Shown here piece after piece: positions 25,611 through 38,761 of a stretch of 64,000 nucleotides of DNA. The notes under the pieces were generated by a model that made no database searches, had not been told where the DNA came from, and saw only the letters and a list, made by a program, of their open reading frames with translations. Origin of the DNA: Raja brachyura (taxonomy: Eukaryota); contig OY740811.1 in the NCBI GenBank assembly GCA_963514005.1, positions 14,384,001 to 14,448,000 on the forward strand, given 5' to 3'. A program made the position numbers and the translations under genes. The first letter of the stretch is position 1. Each line of letters begins with the position of its first letter.

Positions 25611-27929
25611 GGCTTCAGTTAATTATTATTAATCAAGGGGAATTTTCTTTTGTGTGCGAACCAGACTTCATTTGTGGGAAAATTTCATAAATTAAAATCG
25701 CGGCCATTGATTTCTGATTCTGCAAGATTTCTCTACACTTCTGAAACTGACATTATGATTAACATCAAACTTAAACTAGCAGAGTTGTACAGTACAGAAC
25801 TAAGCACACCATGGCCGTGCTGACATTTTGCTCTTCTACACTAATCCCACTTGCCCACATTCGGACTGTATACCTCTATGCAGTGCCCATTTATACGTAT
25901 CTTCAACATAGTTGCTTGCATCCGCAACATGTTCCACTCTCTGTATAAATCAAAAACATCCATTAAATCCCCTTTAAAAAATCGGAGACACAAGAAACTA
26001 CAGATGTTGGAATTTTGAGCAAATAACACAAAGTGCTGGAGGAATTCCGAGATCCAGGCATCATCTTTGGAGAGAATTAACAGACGATGTTTCCCTTCTT
26101 CAGACTGGTGATGGTTGGCTGTCTTTGCACGGATGTGACAAGCGTTGGAGATTTCCAACTATCAGCCTGAAGATGCCTCTTGCCCCAAAACGTTGCCTGT
26201 CCATTCTGTCCACAGATTCTGCCTTACCCTCTGAGTTTCTCCAGCACTTTGTACTTTGCTCCTCTTTAAAACTCCTTCAACTTACCTTCCTGTTTTTGAT
26301 ACCCCTGCCAAGGGTAAAAGATTTTGCCTATCTCCGCATTTTAAGTCTCTTGTTTTATATACCTCTGTCAGCCCCCCCCCCCCGGCCTCCTCTACTCCTG
26401 GGAAAGCAAGCGCAGCGTAGTATACTCGATGGGCTGAATGGCCTTACTCCGCTCCTAAAACTCATGAACTTATGATCTAATATCTGCATGCCTGGACCAC
26501 TCAGGCATGTTCCTGAGCAGGGAGTGATCTGTAAAGGTTGGGAGGGGAGAGCAGAGCTATTTTACTGCCCCTGTAACCCTGCCACCTCCTCCACCCCCAA
26601 TCATGGGTGCTGCATCGTAATAGCCGACCTTCCTGCTAATTCACTGCAAGAGGGGAATCGGATCTGGGACTTTCCGAGCTTGTGTGAGTCAGTGTCACAT
26701 TGGGCAATATTAATGATCAGGAAATTGCTGAAAGCAGGCGTCATTAATATCTCCTCATAATGCTGAGGGAGACGTGTGGTGAATTTTATACCCTGTGTTG
26801 GGTATGCCAGGGGGTTGCAGATTTATAAACAGCTACTCTGGTCATATGCATCCTGTGTGTCCTGTCATCTCTTTGTCCCACCTCTATTGAAAAACAGAAT
26901 TCTTTACAAGCGAGGCTAGTTTGAGGTATGTCGAACAGCTATTTTAACCACGGGCTCCGCATCTTATTTATGGTCCTCTCGTTACTAAGTTTACGAGTTG
27001 ATTAGATTTTAATTCATGTCTGAACATGCCTGCAAGCAGTTGCTTTGGTGCCGTGCTGCTTTCAGATACGGCTTGAAACACATGGTTGTGTAATGTAAGA
27101 TTTGGGGACTTTCTACTGGGGCTATATCAAAACAAGGCACCCGCAATGAATGACTAGTCAGTCAGGTCATCATTGCCTCCCTCAGCTGTGCACCAGAGAC
27201 TTAGAAGCGATCAGGAGGGAGATCAAGTGACAATGTTTTCCTTCCTTTCTGTGGGGCGCTGGTGAGATTGAAGCATTCAGTATTAATCGATGATAAGGGG
27301 AAAATAACAGTAGTTGGAAGCCTGAAACAAAAACAGAAGATGCTGGCAAGTCAGGCAGCATCTGTGGAAAAAGAAAACAGTCTTCACCGATGACAATGCT
27401 GGTCTTTGTGTCTGAGGAAGGATGTTAATGCGTGGGAAGCAATTCCGATTAGGTTTTCTAAGCTAGTAACTGAAATATTACTGATTTTGGTTTATTGATT
27501 AAGCGGGATATTGACTAAGCAGCACTAGATCAATATTTAAAATATTTTTGGACAGGTACGAGGACAGAGAAGTTTAAAGGGATATGGGTCAAACATGGGC
27601 AGGTGGTACTAGTGTAGATGGGGTATCTTGGTTGGCATGGGAAAATTGGGCTGAACGGCCTGTTTTCATGCTGTATGACTCCATGACTATTATTATCTGA
27701 TGTACTGTGATGTAACGGAAAACATAATTTACTTGCTGTCCAGGCAAATCATATTTCATACTTGAGGAGTTGAGTTACATATTTGAGTTACAATTACGTG
27801 GGTACAACAGGTAGTGCTAAAGAGAAAGGAAACATTGCAGAATATAGCGTTACAGCTGCAGAGAAAACTGGGTGAGGAAGGGTCGCATGGGCTAGACTTG
27901 GATCCACTGGAGTTCGGAAGATGTCCCAG

Positions 27930-28230
27930 GGTGACGTGGTGGTGCATCAGTAGGGTTGCTGCCTGACAGCGCCAGAGACCCAGGTTTGATCCTGACTACG
28001 GGTGCTGTCTGTACGGAGTTTGTACGTTCTCCCCGTGACTCCGTGGGTTTTCCCCGAGAACGTTGGTTTCCTCCCCCACTCCAAAGACGTACAGGTTTGT
28101 AGGTTGATTGGCTTGGTATGAATGTAAATTGTCCCTAGTGTGTATAGGGTAGCGTTAATGTGCGGGGATCACTGGACGGCGCGGACTCGTCGGGTCAAAG
28201 AACCTGTTTCCGTGCTGTATCACCAAATTA
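27930..28230 (+). mobile_element. tRNA-derived SINE
   Basis: B-box-like GGTTTGATCC plus the family core and tail. Confidence 0.85.
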
Positions 28231-28805
28231 AGATCGAGAGGGAATTTGATTGATTCATGAGTGTGGACTGTCAGTACAGTTGATTGACCAGATCAGAAAC
28301 GGGTTCAGGCAACAGGCAGCATGGGAACAGGGCTGGTTCTAGATGAACTAGATCCACGTATGAGAGATTTATGCAGAAACTAGGAACCGCAGATGCTAGT
28401 TTACCAAAAAAAAGACACAAAGTGTTGGAGTAACCTATTGGGTCAGGCACTGGAGAACATGGATAGACGACCTTTTGGGTCGGGACTGACGACTGTTGTG
28501 TTTAAGCCTGTCTGAAGAAGGGTCTCTACACAAAAAATCACTTATCCATATTCTCTGGAGATGCTGTCTGACCCGCAGAGTTACTCTAGCTTTTTGTGTC
28601 TATCTTCGGTTTAACCAGCATCTGCAGTTCCTTGCTGCCCATGTTCCCCATGGATGCTGCCTGACCTGCTGGGTTACTCCAACACTTTGTGTCTTTTTTT
28701 ACTACGAGATTCATGGTGTCCTGATAAATGGTCAATATGTTTTTTAATTCTGAATGTGATCATTAATGTAAAGTGCGGACCATTTTGTTTTCTCCACCTC
28801 TCCAG

Positions 28806-28893
28806 CACTCGAGGAGAAGTCAGCGGGTGAAAGTGAGTCTATCGCATTCAATGGACGCACATTCATCGAGTACCATAACACAGTGATAAGGAG
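28806..28893 (+). CDS. AGRN: Agrin exon: start of LG3 up to the z/B site
   Basis: ctccag|CACTCGAG...AGGAG|gtatgt, 88 nt, phase 1 to 2. Encodes ALEEKSAGESESIAFNGRTFIEYHNTVIRS. Confidence 0.96.
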
Positions 28894-29109
28894 GTATGTC
28901 ATGTTTTTCACATTTGGCTGATTTCCTGACACCAGGTCCAGTGCTTGACACAATCAAAAAACTAAATGGATTAAAACTAAATGTTCCCTGCCTACAACAT
29001 TCATCACTTGAGCAAGTAGGCAGCCTCCTGTTTTAGCTATCTGCTTTATTGCTGTAAACACATTGAGGTGATTCAGTTAATTTGTCACTCATCTGTATTT
29101 TTCCACCAT

Positions 29110-29600
29110 TTCAAGAATGTTTAATTGTCATTTGTACCGACAGCTGAACGTCTTACTTGAAGCGGCATAACAGGACTGTAACACAATACACATCGATAAT
29201 ATATTATAAGCAAAAAATCTGGAACTTTCTTTGGGTTAATCCCAATGCAAAACCCCAAAGTCTTTGGTGCAAGCAAAGATGGTCCATGGTTCATAGGTTA
29301 GTTTTAGGTAGCGTTCAAGAACCCGATCATTGTTGGGGAGTAGCTATTCCTGACCCTAGTGGTCACAGTTTTAAGACTCCTAGACCTTCCCGATGGTACG
29401 AGTGAAATGAGAGCGTGGCCGGTGTGCTGTGGGCCTTTGATAATGCTAGCTGCCATTTTGAGGCAGCGCCCACTATAGATCCCTTTGATGGTGGGGAGGT
29501 CAGTACCTGTGATGGCCCCGGCAGTGTCCACCCACTTTGTGTAATCTCCTTCGTCCCTGGGTGTTCGAGTTGACACCACAGGGAACTGTTGCCACCGTGT
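29110..29600 (-). mobile_element. Rex1/Babar-like LINE 3' fragment
   Basis: ORF 29304-29609 reads AGAITGTDLPTIKGIYSGRCLKMAASIIKGPQHTGHALISLVPSGRSRS, like the C-terminus of this clade. Confidence 0.75.
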
Positions 29601-29604
29601 GCGT

Positions 29605-29910
29605 GGCACGGTGGCGCAGCGTTAGAGCTGCCACCTTACAACGCTTGCAGCACCAGAGACCCGGGTTCAATCCCAACAACGGGTGCTGTCTGTACGGAGT
29701 TTGTACGTTCTCCCCATGACTGCGTGACCGAGATCTCCGGTGTCCGCCCACACTGCAAATAAGTACAGGTTTGTAGGTTACTTGGCTTAATGTTTGTGTA
29801 AATTGTCCCTGGTGTGTGTAGGATAGTGTTAATCTGTGGGGTGATCGCTGGTCGGTGCAGACTTGGTGGGCCGCAGGGCCTGTTTCCACGCTGTATCTCC
29901 AAACTAAACA
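29605..29910 (+). mobile_element. tRNA-derived SINE
   Basis: A box TGGCGCAGCG, B box GGTTCAATCC, tail CTAAAC. Confidence 0.88.
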
Positions 29911-30466
29911 GACGGTGATGCAATCAGTCATCAGCTTTAACTATCAGGGGACATCCTCAGAAATAATTAAACCTAAGATGTACCTTCAGGCCTAAGTGAA
30001 ACATTTCTTCCAAACTTATATTTGATTTATAGGACAAGCAGAACTGTGCGTCTTTGTCCTTGTTGGAGATGCCTCCTGTGGAGGTTCAGAGCTGTATTCA
30101 TCTTCACGGTCCCATTCTGACCAAGAATGAAAGACATGCAGTAATGTTTGCTCAGCAAGATACGCTGCATCCCCTTTGTGTTTTATAAAAGGGAAGCCAG
30201 TGCTTTTACCAATGAATTCTTGCATTCCCAAATGTGTTCATGTCAAAGTTTATTGTGTGTCACTTTTAAATGTCCCCATGTAACTGTTCGGTCCAAATGT
30301 GAAGCATATTTATTGTTTGCCGTCGTCTACCCAAAAGCATAAAGCTTTCCTCTGTTGTCCGATCCAGTCGCTGGAAGTTGTCCAAAGTTGTGACTTGTTG
30401 TCGCAATGTTTCATTGTGTGCTGCCTGTTTTGTCTCTCATGTGTCTCCTTGTTTTCTCTATCCAAG

Positions 30467-30490
30467 CCATCTCGCAAATGAGATCCCAGA
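30467..30490 (+). CDS. AGRN: Agrin alternative z8/B8 microexon
   Basis: tccaag|CCATCTCGCAAATGAGATCCCAGA|gtaagt, 24 nt, phase 2-2. Encodes HLANEIPD, with the NEI tripeptide of neural agrin. Confidence 0.95.
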
Positions 30491-32899
30491 GTAAGTATAA
30501 AGTCCTGATCCTGTACTCATTTATGTTGCTCTTCCTCTCCGCATGTTTACATGACCATCTTATCCAAAACTCCCAAGTGTCGGGGAATGTGATAGAAGTG
30601 TGCATGGGCAGTGGGTGGCTATAAGGTACAATCATTCACCAATGCTGCATAGACACAGGCCTGCCGTGGTTTACTTCCCATAAACTCTTACAGTGTGTGG
30701 TCTTGGATTTTATCCGTGGGAAGGAACTGCAGATGCTGACTTACACTGATAGACAGAAAAATACTGGAATAATTCAGCAGGCCAGGCAGCATCTCTGGAG
30801 AAATGGAATAGGTGATGTTTTTGGTTGCAGCCCATCTTCAGACTGAGTCTGAAGAAGGGTTCCGACCTGATACTGAAGGGCTACAACCTGAAACCGATTC
30901 CTTTTCTCCAGAGATGCTGCTTGAGTTACTCCAACAGTTTGTGTCTTCATTGGATTTTATCTTCCTGTATCATTTAAATATCATGGGTAAAGCCCTTTGA
31001 GTCTTTACAAGAACAATGGAGACAAACCCACTCCTCACCCTTTCCCAATGTTCTTCAAATAAATTGAAAACATTCCGTGTTGAACCATTCCATCTTCCTT
31101 CAGGTACTACTGCACATTCTATCTTCCAAGTGAGCCAAGTAGGCATTCCTCATGTCACCTTTGGTTCTTTTGTCAAACACCTTAAGTTATTGTCATCTTG
31201 TTCTCAGTTCTTTTGCCAGATGAGGCAGAGCTGAACATAGAACAGTACAGCACATGGACAGGTTCACAAGGTCCGTGTGATAATGATACCAAGTTAAACT
31301 AATCTCTGCCTGTACATGCTCAGTATACCCCCCCCCCCCATATCTCCTGCATTTCCATATAGAGGGATACAGCATGGAAATAGGCTCTTCGGCCCTACTT
31401 GCTCATTCCATCCAAGATTCCCCATTTACTCTAGTCCCACCTGCCCATGTTTGCCCCCTATTCCACTAAATGTTTCCTATCCATGTACCTGTTAAAATGA
31501 CTTTTAAATGTTGTTATAGTACCTGCCTCAACTACCTGCTCTGGCAGCTCGTTCCATATATCTACCACTCTTTGTGTGGACCGTGGATATGTCTATCCAA
31601 AAGCCTCCTAAAAGCCAATATTGTATCTGCCTCCACCACCACCCCTGGCAACTCAACTCGTTTCAGGCACCTCTCACTTGGTGCAAAAAAGCTTGCCCCA
31701 TACAGCTTCTTTCAACATTGCCCCTCTCACCTTAAGCTATGCCCTTTAGCCTTTGACAGATCCATCCTGGAAAAAAAGGTTCTGACTGTCTACCCTTTCT
31801 ATGCAGGGAGAACATTGTCAGTTTCTACAGCTGCCCCATGAAACAAGTCTCTCATAGAGTCGTACATCATGCAAACAGGCACTATGGCCCAACTTGCCCA
31901 CACCGACCAACTAGTCCCACCTGCCTGCATTTGGCCCATATCCCTTTAAACCTTTTCTGTAGCTGTAGAAACTATACAAATGTTTTTAAAATGTTTTTAA
32001 CCTGCCTCAATTACCTCCTCTGGCAGCTTGTTCCATGTACCTACCATCTTTTGTGTATAAAAAATTGCCCCTTGGGTTCCTATTAAATCTTTTCCCCTCA
32101 CCTTAAATCTATGTCCTCTGGCCTCTCATCTCTATAGCTATTAACAAACCTGTCCTAAAATGCACAGACCATTATTAGATGTCAGTGGCCAAAGAACAGT
32201 ATTATAAAGACTCATCATAAGTTGCCTTTCTTCTCTCTACCTCCGATGGTCATGTTCACCCAGCTCTCTGCTCCTGCACCCTATTTACTTGTGTTCTTCA
32301 TATTATTTTGCTGTTCCTCATTCTACCCATCAAGATTTATCGCTGTTCCTTTTGCATTACATTTTATCTTCCTTGTGTCAGTTCCATTTGTCTGCCAAAG
32401 TCATCTTGAACACACAGTTGAAGTCATTTCTTATCGCGGTAAGACTTGTGTCTGGGGCACAGGTGTCTTGCAGAACCAAATGTATCTCATTGGAAACTCT
32501 GGCATAATTCACCAGCACCTTACATCCAACTCCATAAGATCACAGCAACATAAATCACACAGTTTTGTCATAATTGATGTTGTACCATCTTCGGTCTTCC
32601 AAGGCTCCGCAGAAATCTATGAAACACCTGTGTTGTTGATTGAAGGTGAAAATCTAAAAAGTGTAATGTTACTTCATATCTAGAAGTAACTTTGGGGTGG
32701 ACTTTGAACTGCACTAGGAGTGCTCGTGAATTCCAACTGCATTAATATGCATAGTATACTACGAGCTTCAGGTCAAGGGCATAGACTTCCTATGTAGCAG
32801 CAAGTCTAACAGGAAACCACCTCAACAAGTGATGTCTCGCATAGATACAGATTATTGATTCATTATGTTTCATTCCCACTTGACATAATTACATATTGG

Positions 32900-33225
32900 G
32901 CGTCATGGTGGCACAAAGGTGGAGCTGGTGCCATACAGCGCTTTCAGTGCCAGAGACCTAGGTTCGATCCTGACTACGGGTGCTGTCTGTACGGAGTTTG
33001 TATGTTCTCCCTGTGACCACGTGGGTTTTCTCTTGAGATCTTCCGTTTCCTCCCACACTCCAAAGACGTAGAGGTTTGTAGGTTAATTGGCTTGGTATGT
33101 CTGTAAATTGTCCCTAGCTAGTGTGTGTAGGATAGTATTAATGTCCAAGGATCGCTGGTCGGTGCCGACCTGGTGGGCCGAAGGGCCTGCTTCCGCGCTG
33201 TATCTCTAAACTAAATTGAACTAAA
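32900..33225 (+). mobile_element. tRNA-derived SINE
   Basis: B box GGTTCGATCC plus family core and tail. Confidence 0.88.
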
Positions 33226-34674
33226 TTACATATCATTAATATGCTCCAGTTCTGGAATGACTGTAATATTGATTTCCACTCTGGAACTCAACCCCCCCCC
33301 CCTCTAACCCCACCACCGTCTCTTATCTCTACACTTTTTAAAAGATTAACGATTTCCTCCCCCTCTCCCCTCCCCCCCTCTCCTCCTCCCCCCCCCCCTC
33401 ACTCCCCCTCCCCCCGTCTGTGTGGGGGGTGGTTAGTGCGTGTGTGTGACGCCGCAGCCCCCCCAACGGGTCCCTCTTCGGCTAGTAAGAATTAAAAACA
33501 TAACTAATTTATTTAAATTTTATTGTAATCCCTGAACTTTCTATGCTGATGAGCAGATAAATGGCTCGGTTTCAAACTCCCTCTGCTACAGGGAGGGAAT
33601 GCAGGTGGTTCTGGAAACCTCTGGTTTTAGTTCCACCAGGGAGGATTGTCCAGATCAGCAAGCTGGAACAGCACCAGAGACACAAGTTCGTTCCTGACCT
33701 TAGGTGCTATCCATTTGGAGTTTGTACGTCCCCCTTGTGACCGAGTGGGTTTCTTTCCGGTGTTCCGGTTTCCTCCAAAGACATGTGGGTTTGCAGATTA
33801 ATGGGCCTCTGTAAATTGCCCCGAGTGTGAGGGGAGTGGATGTGAAAATGGGATAACACAAAGCAAGTGTGAACACGTGATTGGTGGTCTGTGTGGACTT
33901 GGTGGGCTCAAGGACCTGTTCCCATGCTGCATCTCAAAGAAAATCTCAGACATATTTCGGGCAGCATGTTTATTTTCATGACCACATATATAACCTGTAC
34001 TTCCTCAATTATTCAGAGTTAATCAGTCACTCACATGGGGAAGTGGTGGGTATTTGCAACGAGCTGCTGGAGGATGTAGGTGAGGCAGGTACTATCGTAT
34101 TTAAGACACATTTGGACAGGTACATAGATAGGATAGGCTTAGAGGGATATGGGCAAGTGCGGATATGTGGGACATGTGGACCATCTACTAGTGTAGATGG
34201 GGTATGTTGGTTGACGTGGGAAAGTGGGGCGGAAGGGCCTCTTTCCATGCTATATGAGCGGAAAACACTATATAGAGATCTTTGGATGGAGCTGCATAAC
34301 CACAATGTGCATCGAGAATTTACAACACAGTGGGCAGCCATTTGGCCCATCATACCCATGTTGCTGTTGTTCCATTTCAGATTGCCACTGGGTAGCTGGG
34401 ATAGTATTAATCCACACGGGAGTGGGAAGGGAGTCACAGAATCACATAGTGCCCACACTGTGGACTGGCATAATGTACTCATGGTAACTCTAGAGTCCAG
34501 TCAGCCCATTTAGTCTGTGCTGGTCGGAAGTGCGCTAACGGGTGGGCTTCATTGCACCAACTGTGCAGCCCTGCAGGTCACAGCAGTTTAGGTACATGTC
34601 CAGGTACACTTTAAATGTGCGTGAAAGAGCTTTTCATCATCTCCCACGTTCTGCCAGTTACTTTAAAGCTTGCT

Positions 34675-35000
34675 TTAGTTTAGTTTAGAGGTACAGCAAG
34701 GAAACGGGCCCTTTGGCCCACCAAGTCCATGTCGACCATCAATCACCCGTTCACACTAGTTCTGTATTATCTGCCTTTCACATTCACTCCCCTGCACACG
34801 AGGGGTAATTTACAGAAGGCCAATTAACCGGCAAACCTGCACGCTTTGGGATGCGGGAGGAAACCAAAGCACCCAGGGAAACCCACATGGTCACAGGGAA
34901 AACGTGCAAACTCCACACAACAGCATCTGATGTCAGGAGCGAACCTGGAACTCTAGCCCCGTGAGGTAGCAGCTCTACCGGCTGTGGCACTGTGACGCCC
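34675..35000 (-). mobile_element. tRNA-derived SINE, second subfamily
   Basis: Reverse copy related to 19121-19460 and 23345-23668. Confidence 0.8.
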
Positions 35001-35078
35001 CAAACTCTCCGTCCTTTATTTTCTCCTATTTACTTTTTACGTTGCCCTCTCTTAATTGGATCGACATATGAGGTTTAA

Positions 35079-35403
35079 AGCCCAGTCCCACTGTACGAGT
35101 TCATTCAAGAGTTCTCCCGACTTTGCCCTGATTCAAACTCGGAGATTTACGGTGATGGCCGCTCGTAAGTACTCGGGGCTCTCGTGGACATTTTGCAACG
35201 TGAAAAATCATCATGAGTCTTCATGTGCTTACCTGCTGTTAGCGAGTCTTCCCGAATACCTGCTGTTAGCGTTACGAGCCGCTAAGAGACGTCCCCGAGC
35301 TCCGACGTACCCGCTACGTTCATTCTGCGTGCTTACCACGAGTTTGATTTTGTTTTTAAACTCGGGAGAGCACTTGAATGAACTCGTACAGTGGGACAGG
35401 GCC
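35079..35403. mobile_element. PIF/Harbinger-like MITE
   Basis: ~30-bp TIRs GCCCAGTCCCACTGTACGAGTTCATTCAAG ... CTTGAATGAACTCGTACAGTGGGACAGGGC. Confidence 0.85.
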
Positions 35404-35874
35404 ATAAGTCTCCCCCTCAGCATCCTCTAGTCTTACTTTTTCCCCCGAGCTGACATTTCCCAGTCCTGGCGAGATTCCCCTCCGCACCTTCTCCAACGCT
35501 GTCACGTATGCATCAGCCTGGCCTATTTGCGTGTCTGGGTTTGAAATCTGATTGTTTTCCCTGCTAGAGATGGATGACAGGTTCACAGATGGCAGAACAA
35601 TGTCTCGGATGCAGACCTGTCACCAGAGCACTTCTGCTTCTGCAATGCACTTTCAGATTATTGACAAACCATCTGCTTTTTCTTTCCATAATTACTGTTT
35701 TTTATCCTCCACATTTTCTTGTCATCGTAAAATAATATGGATTGAATAAGGGGATAATGGAGAGCATTAACGCAAGACCCAAGAGTGCCTGTACTATGGT
35801 GCAATATTGATGTTGCATTTGGTTTAGTTATGTACAACCTGACCCCCCCACCCCCCCGCCCCAGTGTTACATTG

Positions 35875-36850
35875 AAAGTAGGTGCAGGAGGAGGCCATTT
35901 GGCCCTTTGAGCCTGTACCACCATTCATTGTGATCATGACTGATCATCCACAATCAGTAACACGTGCCTTTCTCCCAATACCCTTTGACTCCGTTAGCCC
36001 CTCGAGCTCTATCTAACTATTTTTTTAATTCATCCAGTGAATTGGCCTCTACTGCCTTTTGTGGCAGAGAATTCCACAAATTCACAACTCTCTGGGTGAA
36101 ACAGCTTTTTCTCATCTCAGTTTTAAATGGCCTCCCCTTTATTCTTCCACTGTGGCCCCTGGTTCTGTACTCTGGACTCGGTGTTCTGTTGATCGACAGA
36201 TCACTCAAGCCACCAAGCCACAGAGAGTCAAAAGTGTTTAGATGTCATATGCATTGGGAACTGAACATTCTCCAACGCTGTCACATTCTTACTTGCTGTA
36301 GCTTTACATGAAACAATACAATAATAAATATACAATAATCAGTAATACAATCTTTATCATCACAGCGAGTAACCAGAAGATAATAGTGTGATTCCAGCAA
36401 TGAGTGGGTCAGCATATCCTGAGCGTATAACGGCACTGGGCCTCTGACTCGCTGTAGTTGAGACGTTTGAGGGGGGACCTCATTGGAACCTACAGAATAA
36501 TGAAAGGCATAGTTAGGGTGGATGTGGGAAAGGATGTTTCCACTGTTGGGAGAGTCTAGGACCAGAGCTCATAGCCTCAGAATTAAAGGGCGCTCTTTAA
36601 GAAAGAAGATGAGAAACATCTTTACTAAGAGGGTAGTTAATCTGTGGAACTCATTGTCACAGAGGGTAGTTGACGCAAGTCAGTGGATATTTTAAGGCAG
36701 AGATAAACAAATTCTTGATTGGAATGGGTGTGATGGGGAGAATGCAGGAAAATGGGATTAGGTGGCAGGGATCAGCCATGATTGAATGGCGGAGTGGACT
36801 CGATGGGCCGAACGGCCTAATTCTACTCCTATAACTTGTGAACTTGTGAA
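35875..36850. mobile_element. Two divergently oriented CR1 3' fragments
   Basis: Minus-strand RTRGHSGRIKGRPFKTEMRK (36017-36208) and a plus-strand degenerate copy at ~36400-36850. Confidence 0.8.
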
Positions 36851-38728
36851 TCGAAGTACGTAATGCAGCCAAAGCAAAGTCTACAGTAGATCATGCGTAG
36901 GCAGGAACTGCAGATGCTGATTTATACCGAAAATCAGTCTGGTTAAGCGTTCCAACCCAAATCATTGCCTTTTACTTTTCTCCAGAGATGCTGCCTGGCC
37001 CACTGAGTTGCTCCAGCATCTTGTGTCTATCTTCCATAATAGATCATTGCTGATTTGAAAGGGTCTTTGTTCACGAGCGCGACGATTGATAGAAAGAGGT
37101 TGTTCTTGTACATGGAGGGGGGGGGTCACGGTTCTCAGGCTCCAGTACCTTCTCTTCAATGGTAGCAGTGTGACGAGAGCATGGCTATGGTGGTGTGGGC
37201 CTGCTCGTTTGATACGAGCCAGCTCCCTGTTGATCAGGGTCCCAGCATAACGCAGGGCCTTTCTATTCATCAGTGGCAGGCTCCATCCGCAGATCTGCTT
37301 TGATTGCTGGTTAAACCCTATTCACTGCCTTACCAGCATTCAAGGTGTGTAAATTCTGTACGAATGTCTATGGTTCACAATATAATAAGTCACTGAAGGA
37401 AGTATCCTTTTGCATGTTTCTACAGTTTACAAAGCTAGTGAACCTTGTGGTGGATAATTACTGGCCACTGGCTATGGGGCGGGGAGAGTTTGATGCCACC
37501 ACAGGGAATGAAAATGCAGGCGTTTTTCTATTCCTCCATTGTCTTAAACCTTTAAATTGTGGTTCAATGCTTCTCCACTCCCAATCCAAACCTATGAGCT
37601 TGTTGCAATTCCACGTTGCCAAATGCTGTATGCATGACTCTCCACCTTAGTTGGTGTAAATCTGCTCGGATACATTATTAAACATTGAAATAATTTGTTT
37701 TACTGAGCTCAGAGGAAGCTTTCCAGGTACACTCCTGTGCCGTCTAGATGTCATTCCTAGTGTCACCCGTGTAGGTGTTGGTTCATTCCATTGACAATAG
37801 GTTTACATGTTTTTTTTTCCTATTCGGTTTATTATTCCCTCCCTTAATGATTCAATTATACATTATTGTCACGTACCTAGGTACATGTGAAACTCTTTGT
37901 TTTTGCATGCAATACACAAAGTACGCAAAGAGGCGCCATGTATCTGGCGTCGACAAAGTTACCGAAAAATGTAAAATAGGTAAAATAGCCGACAAATGTA
38001 TGGTCATTCCACCCTTTGATTCCCGCTTTGTCCAGCTTTACAGATAATTAATGAATGTAACCTGGTTGACTTGTGCTATCAGGTTTATTGACTAGGGGAG
38101 ACCACATAACTTAAGGCACCCTTTCTCAATGTGTATTGGAATCATTGAAAATCCAACACTTTCGCAATAATGCTTCTCTCGCACTTTTCTAAGTATTTAC
38201 GTTTGGGTGGTTCTCATAACATCAGGACAATTCGGGGAACCTTAATTGGTGATTCATTTTCTTGTGAAAGTCATTTTTTTCCAGTCACATTTTAAAAAAC
38301 ACACAGTAAATTTCATTTCCTTTTTATAGCTGCCTTTAGCAATGACCTGCACTCAATCCATGGTTGAAATGCACCCACTTTCCGTTCAGCTATTTTACTT
38401 CCCATACAAACGCAATGGGGTGTTAGAAGATTGGAGAGTGACTGATGACTACTGTGTACTACTGTTTACTATAAACTTTCTTCAGCCTTATTTTGTTGTA
38501 TAACAGTATTTCCTGATTTATTACTTTTGGTACTCAAAGCTAGGATCTCGACAAACTGGGTAGTCCTGATTTTTGGTGCTTTCATATCTATAATGTACAG
38601 CTTATTGGTTAATTAACGTATTACCTGGGTTTCTACAAGTCCTTAAATTTCCCATAATGATGCAGCAGTCAACAAATATCTTCACTGCTACTTACTGCAT
38701 GCATGCATTTTTCTTTCTGCCCCCTAAG

Positions 38729-38761
38729 TCCTGAATTCATGGACTATCCCATGGAACAGAG
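38729..38761 (+). CDS. AGRN: Agrin alternative z11/B11 microexon
   Basis: cctaag|TCCTGAATTCATGGACTATCCCATGGAACAGAG|gtgagt, 33 nt, phase 2-2. Encodes PEFMDYPMEQS, resembling known z11/B11 inserts (P-E/D-x-x-D...S). Confidence 0.9.

Noticed and set aside
33881-34513. 210-aa ORF
   Set aside because: A patchwork of SINE tail and degenerate CR1 3' end, with no coherent domain.
38640-38670. Alternative acceptor ctacaag|TCCT upstream of z11
   Set aside because: Reads CCT TAA (stop) in the z-site phase and has no nearby donor.
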